From IMG/VR virus record IMGVR_UViG_3300046167_000321, positions 1-53,379 of that record: 53,379 nucleotides of DNA. The stretch is one strand, 5' to 3'. The position numbers and the translations under genes are program-made. Source of the DNA: a virus. Taxonomy: Duplodnaviria; Caudoviricetes. Shown here one piece after another: positions 45,649 through 53,379 of the stretch (positions are counted from its first letter, which is position 1; the number at the start of each line of letters is the position of its first letter). Below the pieces are notes generated by a model. That model did no database searches. It was not told where the DNA came from and saw only the letters and a program-made list of their open reading frames with translations.

Positions 45649-47514
45649 TTAATATCCAAATACTGAGTCAGAGGGTTGCCACCTGTTTATGGGTTTGTCT
45701 CCAAAATCAAATGGTGAGAATGCTTTAGGACGGGACATGATGCCGTAGCGTATCGAGTCGTAAGCGTGGTCAGAGGCATATCTAGGATCGATATCGTCTG
45801 TACCTTTGGGGTCTGTAGGAATGACAGGTAGATCTGCAATGATCTGTCGGCAGTTGTTGAAAAATACTATGCCGGGTATTTCTGTCTCTTCATCTACTTT
45901 TAGTAATTCATGTAATCTGTTCTTGCCAGCTACCCTAGCCCCTGCAGATCGATCAGATGGACGCCATCGACATCCTTCGGAAATCATTTCTTCTGCAATA
46001 CTAGGACCAATTTGACCTCGGTTATGCCAACATGAACTGTCTAGGATTCCGTACTGTATGTTATCGCCTTCTTCAGCACTTAGTACGGCTTTAGCTAAAT
46101 CCCTACCAGTGTGCTTACTAAGGTACAGTTCACGGTAAACATAAAGTGTTTCGTAACTGGGGTCAATAGCAAACCAGTGTACCGCACTATAAGAACTGTA
46201 ACCGAAGTCTGCGGACCTAAATCTGCGCCACTCGTGTGGTATCTCAAACGGTTCGCATACATGAGTTAACTGTCTAAACTCGCTGAACGCAGCCCCGTCA
46301 GCCATCGCCCAATCGCCATCTAGTAATTGCCGCCTTTGCATTTCAGGCAGAGATAACAAGTTGGCTTCGTATGTACCTTCTTTGTATAGGTACGGGTTAT
46401 CTTTAAGTGTTGCAGGAATAAACCTACGTTGAAATAAAGGCTGCCCTGCCTTTTCGTGACTATCCGGGTATCTTAGAACTTCACCCGATTCAATATCAGT
46501 AGCATTAAAAGCACTACCAGCGGGGGCAGGATCTACAAAGGCCTTTTTAACCCATTGATGACCGGGGCCGCCCGGGTTGCTTGTAGCCCGAAGAAATACG
46601 GGCAGGTCAGGATTAGTTGTACGAAGTCGTGATCGAAGATATTGCCACGAAAATGGGGTGGCGTATTGTGTGAGTTCGTCCACTCCGATGTAACTAAATG
46701 CCTGACCCTGATATCTTAGAACGTCTTCATCACGTTCCAGATATGTCATCCATAACTTAGCTCCACTTGGGAACGTCCATTGGCTTTTCTTCTCCGCCCA
46801 TTTCGCTCCCGGGTACGCTTTCGGATACAGCTCTTGGCTCTTCCATACCAATTCACGGAGTTCGTCATTCGTCCTTCTAAGGATGAGTCCGTTGAAATCA
46901 GGTACTGAAAAATATCGTAAGGGATCTGCGAGGAGTCCGTATGACTTACCGCCTCCTGCTGCCCCGCCGTAGAGCACTTCTCTTTCCGGTGCCGCCAAAA
47001 ACTCTGTCTGTGGTCCGGGGTTTGGTTTGAATATGACTTCACGTTCTTGAGGTGTGGCCTCAAAGTCTAATCCTTCACTGACGCCTTGGTAGGGTTGCAT
47101 CAAGCCCTCTTCAGGCTTTTGTTTTTCCTTCAGCTTGTTCTCAGCCATAGTTCTCATACGCTTGGCGTCTGAAATTCTACGTTTAAGTTTAGCTTCAGCT
47201 TTATCTGATGCAGTCTTAGGCTTGCGTTTCCGGTTCTGTTTGTTCAGATCCTTCTGACGCTTGCTATCCCCACCTTTATGCATCCGCCATAAGTTGCTGA
47301 TGCCCTGATGGGAAATCCGTACCCCTGTCTGTTCAGAAACCCAGTGTGCAGTTTCTCGTAGGGAGTGTCCGTTTTCAAGGTAAACGAAGGCCTGTTCTAC
47401 TACCTCTACCTGTTCTTGGTCAGGGAGTAATACTAGAGGATCATCTTCACTTGCCTTATAGGCGTAAGGTATCTTTGCGGTAGGATTGTGCCTACTCTTC
47501 TGTTCCCATTTCAT
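45649..47514 (-). CDS. terL: Terminase large subunit with N-terminal DNA-binding-like extension
   Basis: YGGAAGGGKS, IGVDELTQ, ATSNPGG.GH.WVK, DFGY, DHAYDS.RY. Confidence 0.95.
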   Translation of the reverse strand: MKWEQKSRHNPTAKIPYAYKASEDDPLVLLPDQEQVEVVEQAFVYLENGHSLRETAHWVSEQTGVRISHQGISNLWRMHKGGDSKRQKDLNKQNRKRKPKTASDKAEAKLKRRISDAKRMRTMAENKLKEKQKPEEGLMQPYQGVSEGLDFEATPQEREVIFKPNPGPQTEFLAAPEREVLYGGAAGGGKSYGLLADPLRYFSVPDFNGLILRRTNDELRELVWKSQELYPKAYPGAKWAEKKSQWTFPSGAKLWMTYLERDEDVLRYQGQAFSYIGVDELTQYATPFSWQYLRSRLRTTNPDLPVFLRATSNPGGPGHQWVKKAFVDPAPAGSAFNATDIESGEVLRYPDSHEKAGQPLFQRRFIPATLKDNPYLYKEGTYEANLLSLPEMQRRQLLDGDWAMADGAAFSEFRQLTHVCEPFEIPHEWRRFRSADFGYSSYSAVHWFAIDPSYETLYVYRELYLSKHTGRDLAKAVLSAEEGDNIQYGILDSSCWHNRGQIGPSIAEEMISEGCRWRPSDRSAGARVAGKNRLHELLKVDEETEIPGIVFFNNCRQIIADLPVIPTDPKGTDDIDPRYASDHAYDSIRYGIMSRPKAFSPFDFGDKPINRWQPSDSVFGY

Positions 47515-47896
47515 CTATATCGGTCTTCTTTGGGGGCAAGATGAACAGTCCGTTCTCCGGTCCTGTTACCTCGACTTGCTCTTTCTTAACCAAACCAGTG
47601 CGGTCTAGAATTTCACGAGCTGCTGCAACTGAGTTCCGTGCGCCCATAGCACTCGGATCGTCTAACACTCCCACAATACCAAAGGCTGCTTTTGGCGCAT
47701 TCATCGCCAGAACCATAGATGCCTTCTCAGTAATCTGTTCTTTAAGTGGACCTACGACTTCTGCGATCTTTGTAGTGTCCGAGTATCCAGCCATTCGCAT
47801 GGCTTCCCTGATGTTCCCTTTGGCATCTGTAATCAATGCATCTAGGAATATCTCCTGCTTCTCTGTCAGTTTCTTTTCTTTAATTAATGGTGTCAT
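47492..47896 (-). CDS. terS: Terminase small subunit (putative)
   Basis: LTEKQ..FL..L......A...AGY, AA..ILDR.G, FILPPK. Confidence 0.75.
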   Translation of the reverse strand: MTPLIKEKKLTEKQEIFLDALITDAKGNIREAMRMAGYSDTTKIAEVVGPLKEQITEKASMVLAMNAPKAAFGIVGVLDDPSAMGARNSVAAAREILDRTGLVKKEQVEVTGPENGLFILPPKKTDIDEMGTEE

Positions 47897-48168
47897 CCTA
47901 TCGTCCTCATATAAACGAAACAGGCTCCTATTGTTGCTGTGAACACTATCCACCAGATTCGCTCGAAGAATTGGAGCTTGTGACCTCGTGTAGCAGTCAG
48001 TTCATCCAACTTCTGGATACGCTCCCACATCATCTTTTGCTGATCATCAATATTGTCCATGCGCTTAAAAACGGTAATCATCCGCTCTTCCATACGGGCG
48101 AGAGTTACAACTGCGTTTGAAAGTGCGTCCAATTTGTCCTCAATTCGTGTGAGGCGATCATCGCTCAT
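47893..48168 (-). CDS. Coiled-coil + C-terminal TM protein (XhlA/holin-like)
   Basis: RL.RIE.KLD...LARMEE; C-terminal hydrophobic helix. Confidence 0.6.
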   Translation of the reverse strand: MSDDRLTRIEDKLDALSNAVVTLARMEERMITVFKRMDNIDDQQKMMWERIQKLDELTATRGHKLQFFERIWWIVFTATIGACFVYMRTIG

Positions 48169-48410
48169 GATTTCTTCCTTTTCGGTTTCCAATTTACCTT
48201 CTTGGAAGAAGTTTTTCTCTTGGTAGCGGCTTTACCTGCCTTAGATTTGCATTGAGCCATAGTAGGCCTACACGCAGGATAAGAGCCACCGCTCTTCTTT
48301 GACTTACGGCCACAAGGACCACCTGTCTTACAATTTACCCAACCTTTACCACCATTCTGGCTAAACCACTTCTTCAGGCCGCCACTGGATTTACTTTTTT
48401 TTGCTGCCAC
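48165..48410 (-). CDS. Small Lys/Cys-rich basic protein
   Basis: GLKKWF...WV...TG.PCGR...YPACRP. Confidence 0.7.
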   Translation of the reverse strand: MAAKKSKSSGGLKKWFSQNGGKGWVNCKTGGPCGRKSKKSGGSYPACRPTMAQCKSKAGKAATKRKTSSKKVNWKPKRKKS

Positions 48411-48555
48411 TTTTCTTGCCGCCTATCTTATAGTTCTTTGCACCGACTTTGCGGCACTTAACCATGTGACCACTACGGTAAGCTGAGTTTTGTGGCATCG
48501 CTCGTGCTACCTTCTTGTAACAAGCGTCCTTTTTAGTCTTTTTCTTAGCAGCCAT
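48391..48555 (-). CDS. Small basic protein (54 aa, not in ORF track)
   Basis: MAAKKKTKKDACYKKV...SAYRSGHMVKCRKVGAKNY; coupled to neighbours. Confidence 0.7.
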   Translation of the reverse strand: MAAKKKTKKDACYKKVARAMPQNSAYRSGHMVKCRKVGAKNYKIGGKKSGSKKK

Positions 48556-48800
48556 TACTTTCTCCTCGACTTCTTACCGGAACATTTCCATTTCTTCCGA
48601 GATAGACGTAATGGACTATTAGGATCTTTAGCTGCCTTGGGATGCTTCTTCATCTGACCCGCAGATCGAGCACAGTAGGAGTCACCCTTCTTAGTACCCG
48701 GGGATATCTTGTATCCCTTGGCACCATATTTCACGGTCTTCTTGCGTCCTGTCTTTGGATTCTTGACCGTCTTGGAAAATTTCTTATCGCCTTTAGCCAT
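48555..48800 (-). CDS. Small basic protein (DUF6321-like)
   Basis: SYCARS.GQ.K....AKDPNS.L...R.KW.C. Confidence 0.7.
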   Translation of the reverse strand: MAKGDKKFSKTVKNPKTGRKKTVKYGAKGYKISPGTKKGDSYCARSAGQMKKHPKAAKDPNSPLRLSRKKWKCSGKKSRRK

Positions 48801-49066
48801 TATGCCACCACAAAATCTACGATCTGACCGTCAGGCATTCTCAGCTTATTAGGGTCAGGATTATACGCATACCGCTGATCAACTAACTTCAAGTTCTCAA
48901 CGGGAGTATGTTCATCTATTGGCTCTACTGATCCAGCGTGGCCAGCCCGTGCCTTCTTCTCAACCTCTTCACCTCTGCCACTCTCAAAGATCACATTCAC
49001 ATGAGTTTGGAACGGCATGCTGGGCAGGGGAAAATGACTTATGAGAGTTTCACCGGCCACTTGCAA
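48800..49066 (-). CDS. Hypothetical protein
   Basis: Coupled ORF ending GQIVDFVVA. Confidence 0.55.
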   Translation of the reverse strand: MQVAGETLISHFPLPSMPFQTHVNVIFESGRGEEVEKKARAGHAGSVEPIDEHTPVENLKLVDQRYAYNPDPNKLRMPDGQIVDFVVA

Positions 49067-49520
49067 TCCAAGCCCACCATATCAGCCCAGCGCATCCACC
49101 GAGAACGATTGTTACAACTATACCCCACTGGAATACTTCCATTAGGAATGCTCGTGCCTTGGCTTGTTCTTCGGCTTCTTGTCTTTTGCGAACCCGCTCT
49201 TGGGCCTGAAACTTTACCCAATCATCATAGAGGCCCGGACGCCCATATAGGCGCATATGGCTTTCGATTTCCTTACGAGCTTGCTTGAGCTTGTCGAGTT
49301 CTAGGAACTCCTCGAAGCTGTTTTCATCTTTGCCCATAGCGGCAGAGAATAAACTCTTCTTCCTGCGGTCACCTTGTGCCTTTAAGGTTTCTTCAGCAGT
49401 CAGGATTGCTCCCAACTGCTTTCCCATAGATCCTATCTCTCGACCATGCCCAATCAGGGTTTTAACCTGTGAAATTGCGGCATTGGCGGCTCCTACAACC
49501 GCCAGAGTTTCTGCTATCAA
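49050..49520 (-). CDS. Membrane-anchored helical protein
   Basis: RBS GGGAGG, C-terminal TM. Confidence 0.65.
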   Translation of the reverse strand: MIAETLAVVGAANAAISQVKTLIGHGREIGSMGKQLGAILTAEETLKAQGDRRKKSLFSAAMGKDENSFEEFLELDKLKQARKEIESHMRLYGRPGLYDDWVKFQAQERVRKRQEAEEQAKARAFLMEVFQWGIVVTIVLGGCAGLIWWAWIASGR

Positions 49521-49542
49521 AGCCGTTCCTCCCGAACCGCTA

Positions 49543-49686
49543 TTAGTCGCCGTATACCCTCTGTCTTAACTCACCCCGGGTTACCCCGATGTCTTTGAGT
49601 TGTTTGTCAGTCATGTTCTGAAGAACAAAGTAGGCAGCTCTACGCTCCTGTGTACGAGCTATGGCTTTAAAGATTTTGTTGAACAT
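49543..49686 (-). CDS. DUF1127 (YjiS-like) small protein (47 aa, not in ORF track)
   Basis: MFNKIFKAIARTQERRAAYFVLQNMTDKQLKDIGVTRGELRQRVYGD matches L..(L/M).D..L.DIG..R; RBS GGAG, TATAAT upstream. Confidence 0.85.
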   Translation of the reverse strand: MFNKIFKAIARTQERRAAYFVLQNMTDKQLKDIGVTRGELRQRVYGD

Positions 49687-49768
49687 AATTATCTCCATTG
49701 TTGATGTTCTATGGAGTTAATTATATCACACCCTATTAGGTGTTACTTCGGACAATACGGTATACCCG

Positions 49769-49969
49769 TTATGTGTTCTCGCCATCCATCTTAACAGGGA
49801 TGCAAGAACCTACAGCAAAGACATTCCGTTCTCTAACAGTTTTTAGCTGCTTTTTGAGTTCTACATTGCAATCGCTTTCAGACGCCGTAATAACGGGGCG
49901 CACTGCATATCTGCAATCAGAGGCCAAAGGGCCTATGCACATCAAAGCAACTGCAACGAAGTAGGTCAC
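49769..49969 (-). CDS. Small secreted/membrane Cys-containing protein
   Basis: Hydrophobic N-terminus, four Cys. Confidence 0.5.
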   Translation of the reverse strand: MTYFVAVALMCIGPLASDCRYAVRPVITASESDCNVELKKQLKTVRERNVFAVGSCIPVKMDGENT

Positions 49970-50121
49970 TTCTTCTTTTTCTTAGCGTAACCGCCGCCGT
50001 AGGCTTCCATCTCACGATCTTTGCGCTTCTTAGGCGCAGCCATCTTGTTAGACATCAGACCACCGTTGTATGCCTTAACGCTGGCACCACAGTTAGCTTT
50101 TTCAATCTTCATCTTCTTCAT
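49966..50121 (-). CDS. Small basic protein with AYxGG motifs (51 aa, not in ORF track)
   Basis: MKKMKIEKANCGASVKAYNGGLMS...EAYGGGYAKKKKK; overlaps neighbouring stop/start on both sides. Confidence 0.7.
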   Translation of the reverse strand: MKKMKIEKANCGASVKAYNGGLMSNKMAAPKKRKDREMEAYGGGYAKKKKK

Positions 50122-50375
50122 CTGGTATTCTCCATTAAACGCAGGGCTAGGTTGATATCTTCCTTAACATCCTGCGGATCTTCTTGCAGATTTTGGGAAG
50201 TCGCATCGTCCATCCAATAGTACTCAGAGTAACCTCTAAATTCGTAGGCATCATCACCGTCTGTGATCATCCCTTCTTCAATGAGATACTTCTTCGTTTC
50301 TTTTAGGGATAGACGTATTCCGGTGTTTGCCTCGATGGCAGCACGGACATAGTACAAATTTACTGGGGAGGACAT
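50118..50375 (-). CDS. Conserved hypothetical protein
   Basis: YYVRAAIEANTG..L......YL.EEG.I; promoter TTGACC-18-TATAAC at about 50413-50442. Confidence 0.7.
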   Translation of the reverse strand: MSSPVNLYYVRAAIEANTGIRLSLKETKKYLIEEGMITDGDDAYEFRGYSEYYWMDDATSQNLQEDPQDVKEDINLALRLMENTR

Positions 50376-50525
50376 AATAGTGCCTTAATACTACAGCGTC
50401 CTGTCTCTAACTGTTATACCATATAGGCAATAGTTAGGTCAACATGCGAGTAGTAGTTATCGAATTCGCTTGCCAAGAAGCAAATTACATGTTAAAACTT
50501 ATTTGGATGCGAAGCAGACAAATAC

Positions 50526-50960
50526 CTATAGCATGGTCATCTGTTTATATACGGGGCGCTCGATAAGGGCGTCCTTTTTCGTTTCTAGCCAATAAACAAC
50601 CTTCCTAACCTCTTCCAGACTCGCATCGTTCTTAATCCGGTTCGCTCGGTTAGATATAATGGTTACATTCCCTCGGACATAACCCAATGATGGGTCCAAT
50701 CTGTCTATAGAGGGAGCATGATCTACTACAGCCCGGGCATCAGCTAACCAATCCAACTGAATTCCTAAAACAGGGCAGTATAACGGGAAGGGAGCCAGAT
50801 CCTCTACCTCAATATCAAAAGGTATGTCTGAATCCTTGCATCTATGTTTAGCTGAGTGCAGATTCCAGCTCATTCTCTTCCGAATATGGTATTCCAACAG
50901 GTCTACCTTCGATACATGGTCTAGATCTTCTTCATTCCACATCTCTAGATCGCCCATCAA
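50526..50960 (-). CDS. HNH-type (His-Me) endonuclease
   Basis: CPVLG..L, PSIDR.DP..GYV.GNV.IIS..AN..K. Confidence 0.8.
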   Translation of the reverse strand: MMGDLEMWNEEDLDHVSKVDLLEYHIRKRMSWNLHSAKHRCKDSDIPFDIEVEDLAPFPLYCPVLGIQLDWLADARAVVDHAPSIDRLDPSLGYVRGNVTIISNRANRIKNDASLEEVRKVVYWLETKKDALIERPVYKQMTML

Positions 50961-51282
50961 AAAGATCCTCTGCTGCAGACAGGCTATCTTCCATCTGTCC
51001 TGCTACTGTACGCATCTCTTCCGCTGATCGAGCCAGCTCATGGGCTATCGAATAAAGGGATTGGTACATCTCAACACCAAACTCACGGTGTGTGTCTATC
51101 ACTAGCTCAGTGACCGCCTCGAATGGTATCCGAACTTCAATAGGATCATCCTCATCACCCAAAAACATAAGGGTGACTAGGGTACATACCCCTTCATCAT
51201 TAACTTCTAAGTCATTTTCAAGGTAACACTGTATTGGTAGTGATACATCCACGCCATTGGAATCCATAAGTACCTCTATCAC
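50932..51282 (-). CDS. Acidic hypothetical protein
   Basis: 116-aa ORF overlapping HNH gene start. Confidence 0.6.
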   Translation of the reverse strand: MIEVLMDSNGVDVSLPIQCYLENDLEVNDEGVCTLVTLMFLGDEDDPIEVRIPFEAVTELVIDTHREFGVEMYQSLYSIAHELARSAEEMRTVAGQMEDSLSAAEDLFDGRSRDVE

Positions 51283-51998
51283 TGGCGCATGTCCGATCTA
51301 AACCGGAGAATAACGTCATCTTAACCTACATATTGTACCCGAGTCAATAGCTAGGTGTTATATACGGTGCTCTCATCCACACTTTGTTGACATTTACAAC
51401 CAATATAATCCCAGAATAACCACGAGGGCTTTGACATTCCTGTAGGCTGGTCCATACCCCGGCTCTATTTACAGTGCTTAAATTCCAATCTCGGGTAGGG
51501 TTTGTATACGAGTACGGGTACCCCCCCGGGTGGCACTCGCCCCGGCCCGGATCAGCCCGAAACCCGTTAAAAGCATGGCCGAAACCCCTTGTTTGTATGG
51601 TTTTTCTGGGATCGATCCCGTTTTATGTTGGCTGTTCTGTTAACTGTTAGTTATCCGCCCCGACAACACGCTGTAGCACCCTATCCCCCCGGGGTGCGGT
51701 GGCCGATTGCTGCCCTGCAGAATATCTTGACGGGATTATAAAACGGGCGGAGGCGTCCCGGTTGAGCACCAAACAAACACCAGTAGGAACCCCGGCCAGA
51801 TCCTATCCCTGATCGATCACACACCCGGGCATTGTCTCAGCCTCGATCCCGTGCAGATCCGCCCTCGATCCGGGGCGCTGTTCCTGTGTGCCTCTGTGCT
51901 GCGTTTTAAGAGGCCATAAAGACACCTAGCTAACCTGCCCTACCGGGCGGAATAGATCACCCCTCTGTGCGTGGCTCTGTGTGGCTCTCAGGCATAAG

Positions 51999-52025
51999 AA
52001 AAGGCCCGGGGGTTAACCGGGCCTC
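51999..52025 (-). terminator. Intrinsic terminator of early operon
   Basis: Minus strand aggcccgg-ttaacc-ccgggcct-tttctt. Confidence 0.8.
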
Positions 52026-52050
52026 TGACGTTGCTTTGTGGTGGTGGCTG

Positions 52051-52266
52051 TTAGCTGTGTGTGTACCCGTCCGCCTCGATGGCCAGCCACATGCCGGGAA
52101 CCTGAACCACCACAGCATCATCCATGCCAAAGGTGCTTTTCACATCCCGGCGGAATTCCCGGTAAGATCCGGTCAAACCGGGGCGGCTGCCGTTGCTTTC
52201 ATGCCAACGCTGCCAGACCGCATAAACGGCCCGGCGCTGCGCTTTGGTGAGTTGAACCCCGGCCAT
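52051..52266 (-). CDS. Conserved small phage early protein
   Basis: MAGVQLTKAQRRA...SYREFRR...GMWLAIEADGYTHS. Confidence 0.7.
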   Translation of the reverse strand: MAGVQLTKAQRRAVYAVWQRWHESNGSRPGLTGSYREFRRDVKSTFGMDDAVVVQVPGMWLAIEADGYTHS

Positions 52267-52267
52267 C

Positions 52268-52762
52268 TTACCAGCTCGCCTGATAGTGAACGCTGCGCCA
52301 TTGTGCATGCGATCCGCTGGGGTGCTTTGGTGAAGCCTCGAGCCACCGGGCGGCTGCCCGGATCTTGTCCGCATGCTGTGCAGCCTCGGCCCGGTATTCA
52401 TCCCAGCCCTCACCTGATCCAAAAAAGAACCCACCACAATCATCATTAGATGGCAGGGCATCATCAGTTAAGGCCACGGCGATCTTTTCCAGATCATCCT
52501 CATCCAGACAGATCCGCTGGCATTCATCCACACCCTCGGCAAAGGTCTTCACGATGTATTCATGCAGCGGTGCAAACTTGCGCCAATAGCCCAGCTCGTG
52601 CTGGGTGCTGCAAACAGGCTCACCATCATCATCAACAGGCTTGCCCAGTGCACGGGCCTCTTCGAAGCTCGGGCGTTCTTTCCCGGCCTCATATTCATCC
52701 TGCAGGGTTTTATAATCTGGCACGAAATACTTTTCGCCTGAAAGGTACATATCCAATCCCAT
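52268..52762 (-). CDS. Conserved phage early protein (MGLDMY...YWRK...GFFFG...YQASW family)
   Basis: Characteristic motifs, RBS GGGGGA. Confidence 0.8.
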   Translation of the reverse strand: MGLDMYLSGEKYFVPDYKTLQDEYEAGKERPSFEEARALGKPVDDDGEPVCSTQHELGYWRKFAPLHEYIVKTFAEGVDECQRICLDEDDLEKIAVALTDDALPSNDDCGGFFFGSGEGWDEYRAEAAQHADKIRAAARWLEASPKHPSGSHAQWRSVHYQASW

Positions 52763-52776
52763 GATCTTATCCCCCC

Positions 52777-53112
52777 TTATGCTGCTATGCAGCCATCAGC
52801 CCGGGCGGCTGCGGCATACTGTGAAATAGTTTTATCAGCGGTGAAATACATATCCCGCTCGATCCCGATCCCCAGCGGCCCCTGTACTGCTTCCAGCTCT
52901 GTGATCGATACGCTGCCCAGCTCCGGGGAACCCATGCCCAGATCACACAGGCCGAAAGCAATATCGCCCTCGATCTCGGTCAGCAGCCACGTTGCAGCCC
53001 CGGCAGGATTAAAGAGCTTTACCACCGGGCGGTGATCGTCTTCGCCTTCAATCTCAGTCTTCCGGGCGTTTGCCTCGAGCTTCGTGCGGATCTCTTTTGT
53101 GATTAGTTTCAT
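52777..53112 (-). CDS. DUF2958 family protein
   Basis: PVVKLF.P.GAATWLLTE...FGLCDLG.G.PELG.VS..EL.......IERD..F. Confidence 0.88.
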   Translation of the reverse strand: MKLITKEIRTKLEANARKTEIEGEDDHRPVVKLFNPAGAATWLLTEIEGDIAFGLCDLGMGSPELGSVSITELEAVQGPLGIGIERDMYFTADKTISQYAAAARADGCIAA

Positions 53113-53133
53113 TTTGGTCAGTCTCCTAGTTAG

Positions 53134-53202
53134 TGGGCTGTCTCATCAGTGACCCTTGCCCAAGGTGGCCAGACGCCCGGGGATTAGCCCGAGCGTTTCG
53201 AC
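53134..53202 (-). ncRNA. Type II hammerhead ribozyme with loop I pseudoknot (HHR-2)
   Basis: Minus strand: gtc-GAAA-C-gctcggg(ctaatc)cccgggc-GUC^-tggcc(accttgggcaag)ggtca-CUGAUGA-gac-agccca; loop UGGGC pairs with tail GCCCA; predicted cut between 53172 and 53171. Confidence 0.92.
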
Positions 53203-53203
53203 T

Positions 53204-53379
53204 TTATGCAGCCATGCCGATCCGGGCCATCGCTGGGTGGCTTATGATCTGGCCCACCTCACGCTCCCGGCGATCTAATACCTCGGCCACGTTGTCGATG
53301 TTCGAGCTGTTACGAACCGGGAACAATTCGCTATTGTGGCTCGAGCGCTGTGTGAGCGCTGAATATACGGCCCACGTTG
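53204..53379 (-). CDS. DUF932-like protein, C-terminal part (continuation of 1..779)
   Basis: TWAVYSALTQRSSH...GMAA-stop; W..Y.A.T...H is the usual DUF932 C-terminal motif. Confidence 0.75.
   Translation of the reverse strand, partial: TWAVYSALTQRSSHNSELFPVRNSSNIDNVAEVLDRREREVGQIISHPAMARIGMAA

Noticed and set aside
51387-51409. Perfect TTGACA and TATAAT boxes
   Set aside because: Spacer is only 11 bp, incompatible with a sigma70 promoter

Overview
A near-complete, circularly permuted genome of a temperate marine podovirus of the HMO-2011/roseophage-CRP type, with an alphaproteobacterial host inferred. Both window ends fall inside one DUF932-like gene, with a short piece missing at the junction. 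There are three blocks. (1) A GC-rich minus-strand early region (about 51500-53379 joined to 1-2500). (2) A plus-strand integration/replication block (3037-15582): tyrosine integrase, ThyX, a tRNA-Met-derived attP core, primase, helicase, PolA with a DnaJ-type Zn-finger insert, SSB, nucleases, MazG and class II RNR. (3) A minus-strand packaging/structure/lysis block (15662-51282). I recognise no RNA polymerase and no CI-type repressor. The most interesting signal is a non-coding RNA layer. Two type II pseudoknotted hammerhead ribozymes sit directly on either side of the DUF932 gene. A stand-alone ~66-nt sRNA (15594-15659, own promoter and terminator) is complementary to the translation-initiation regions of four early genes and the helicase. 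A second ~92-nt anti-Shine-Dalgarno sRNA is transcribed divergently from the integrase. There is also a small DUF1127 gene missed by the ORF track. Also notable are a 1152-aa polyvalent protein (ART-like plus HhH-glycosylase-like domains), region-specific GANTC absence, CCWGG/CGCG avoidance and a doubly frameshifted tail-fibre gene. All family calls come from motif recognition by eye; no searches were run.
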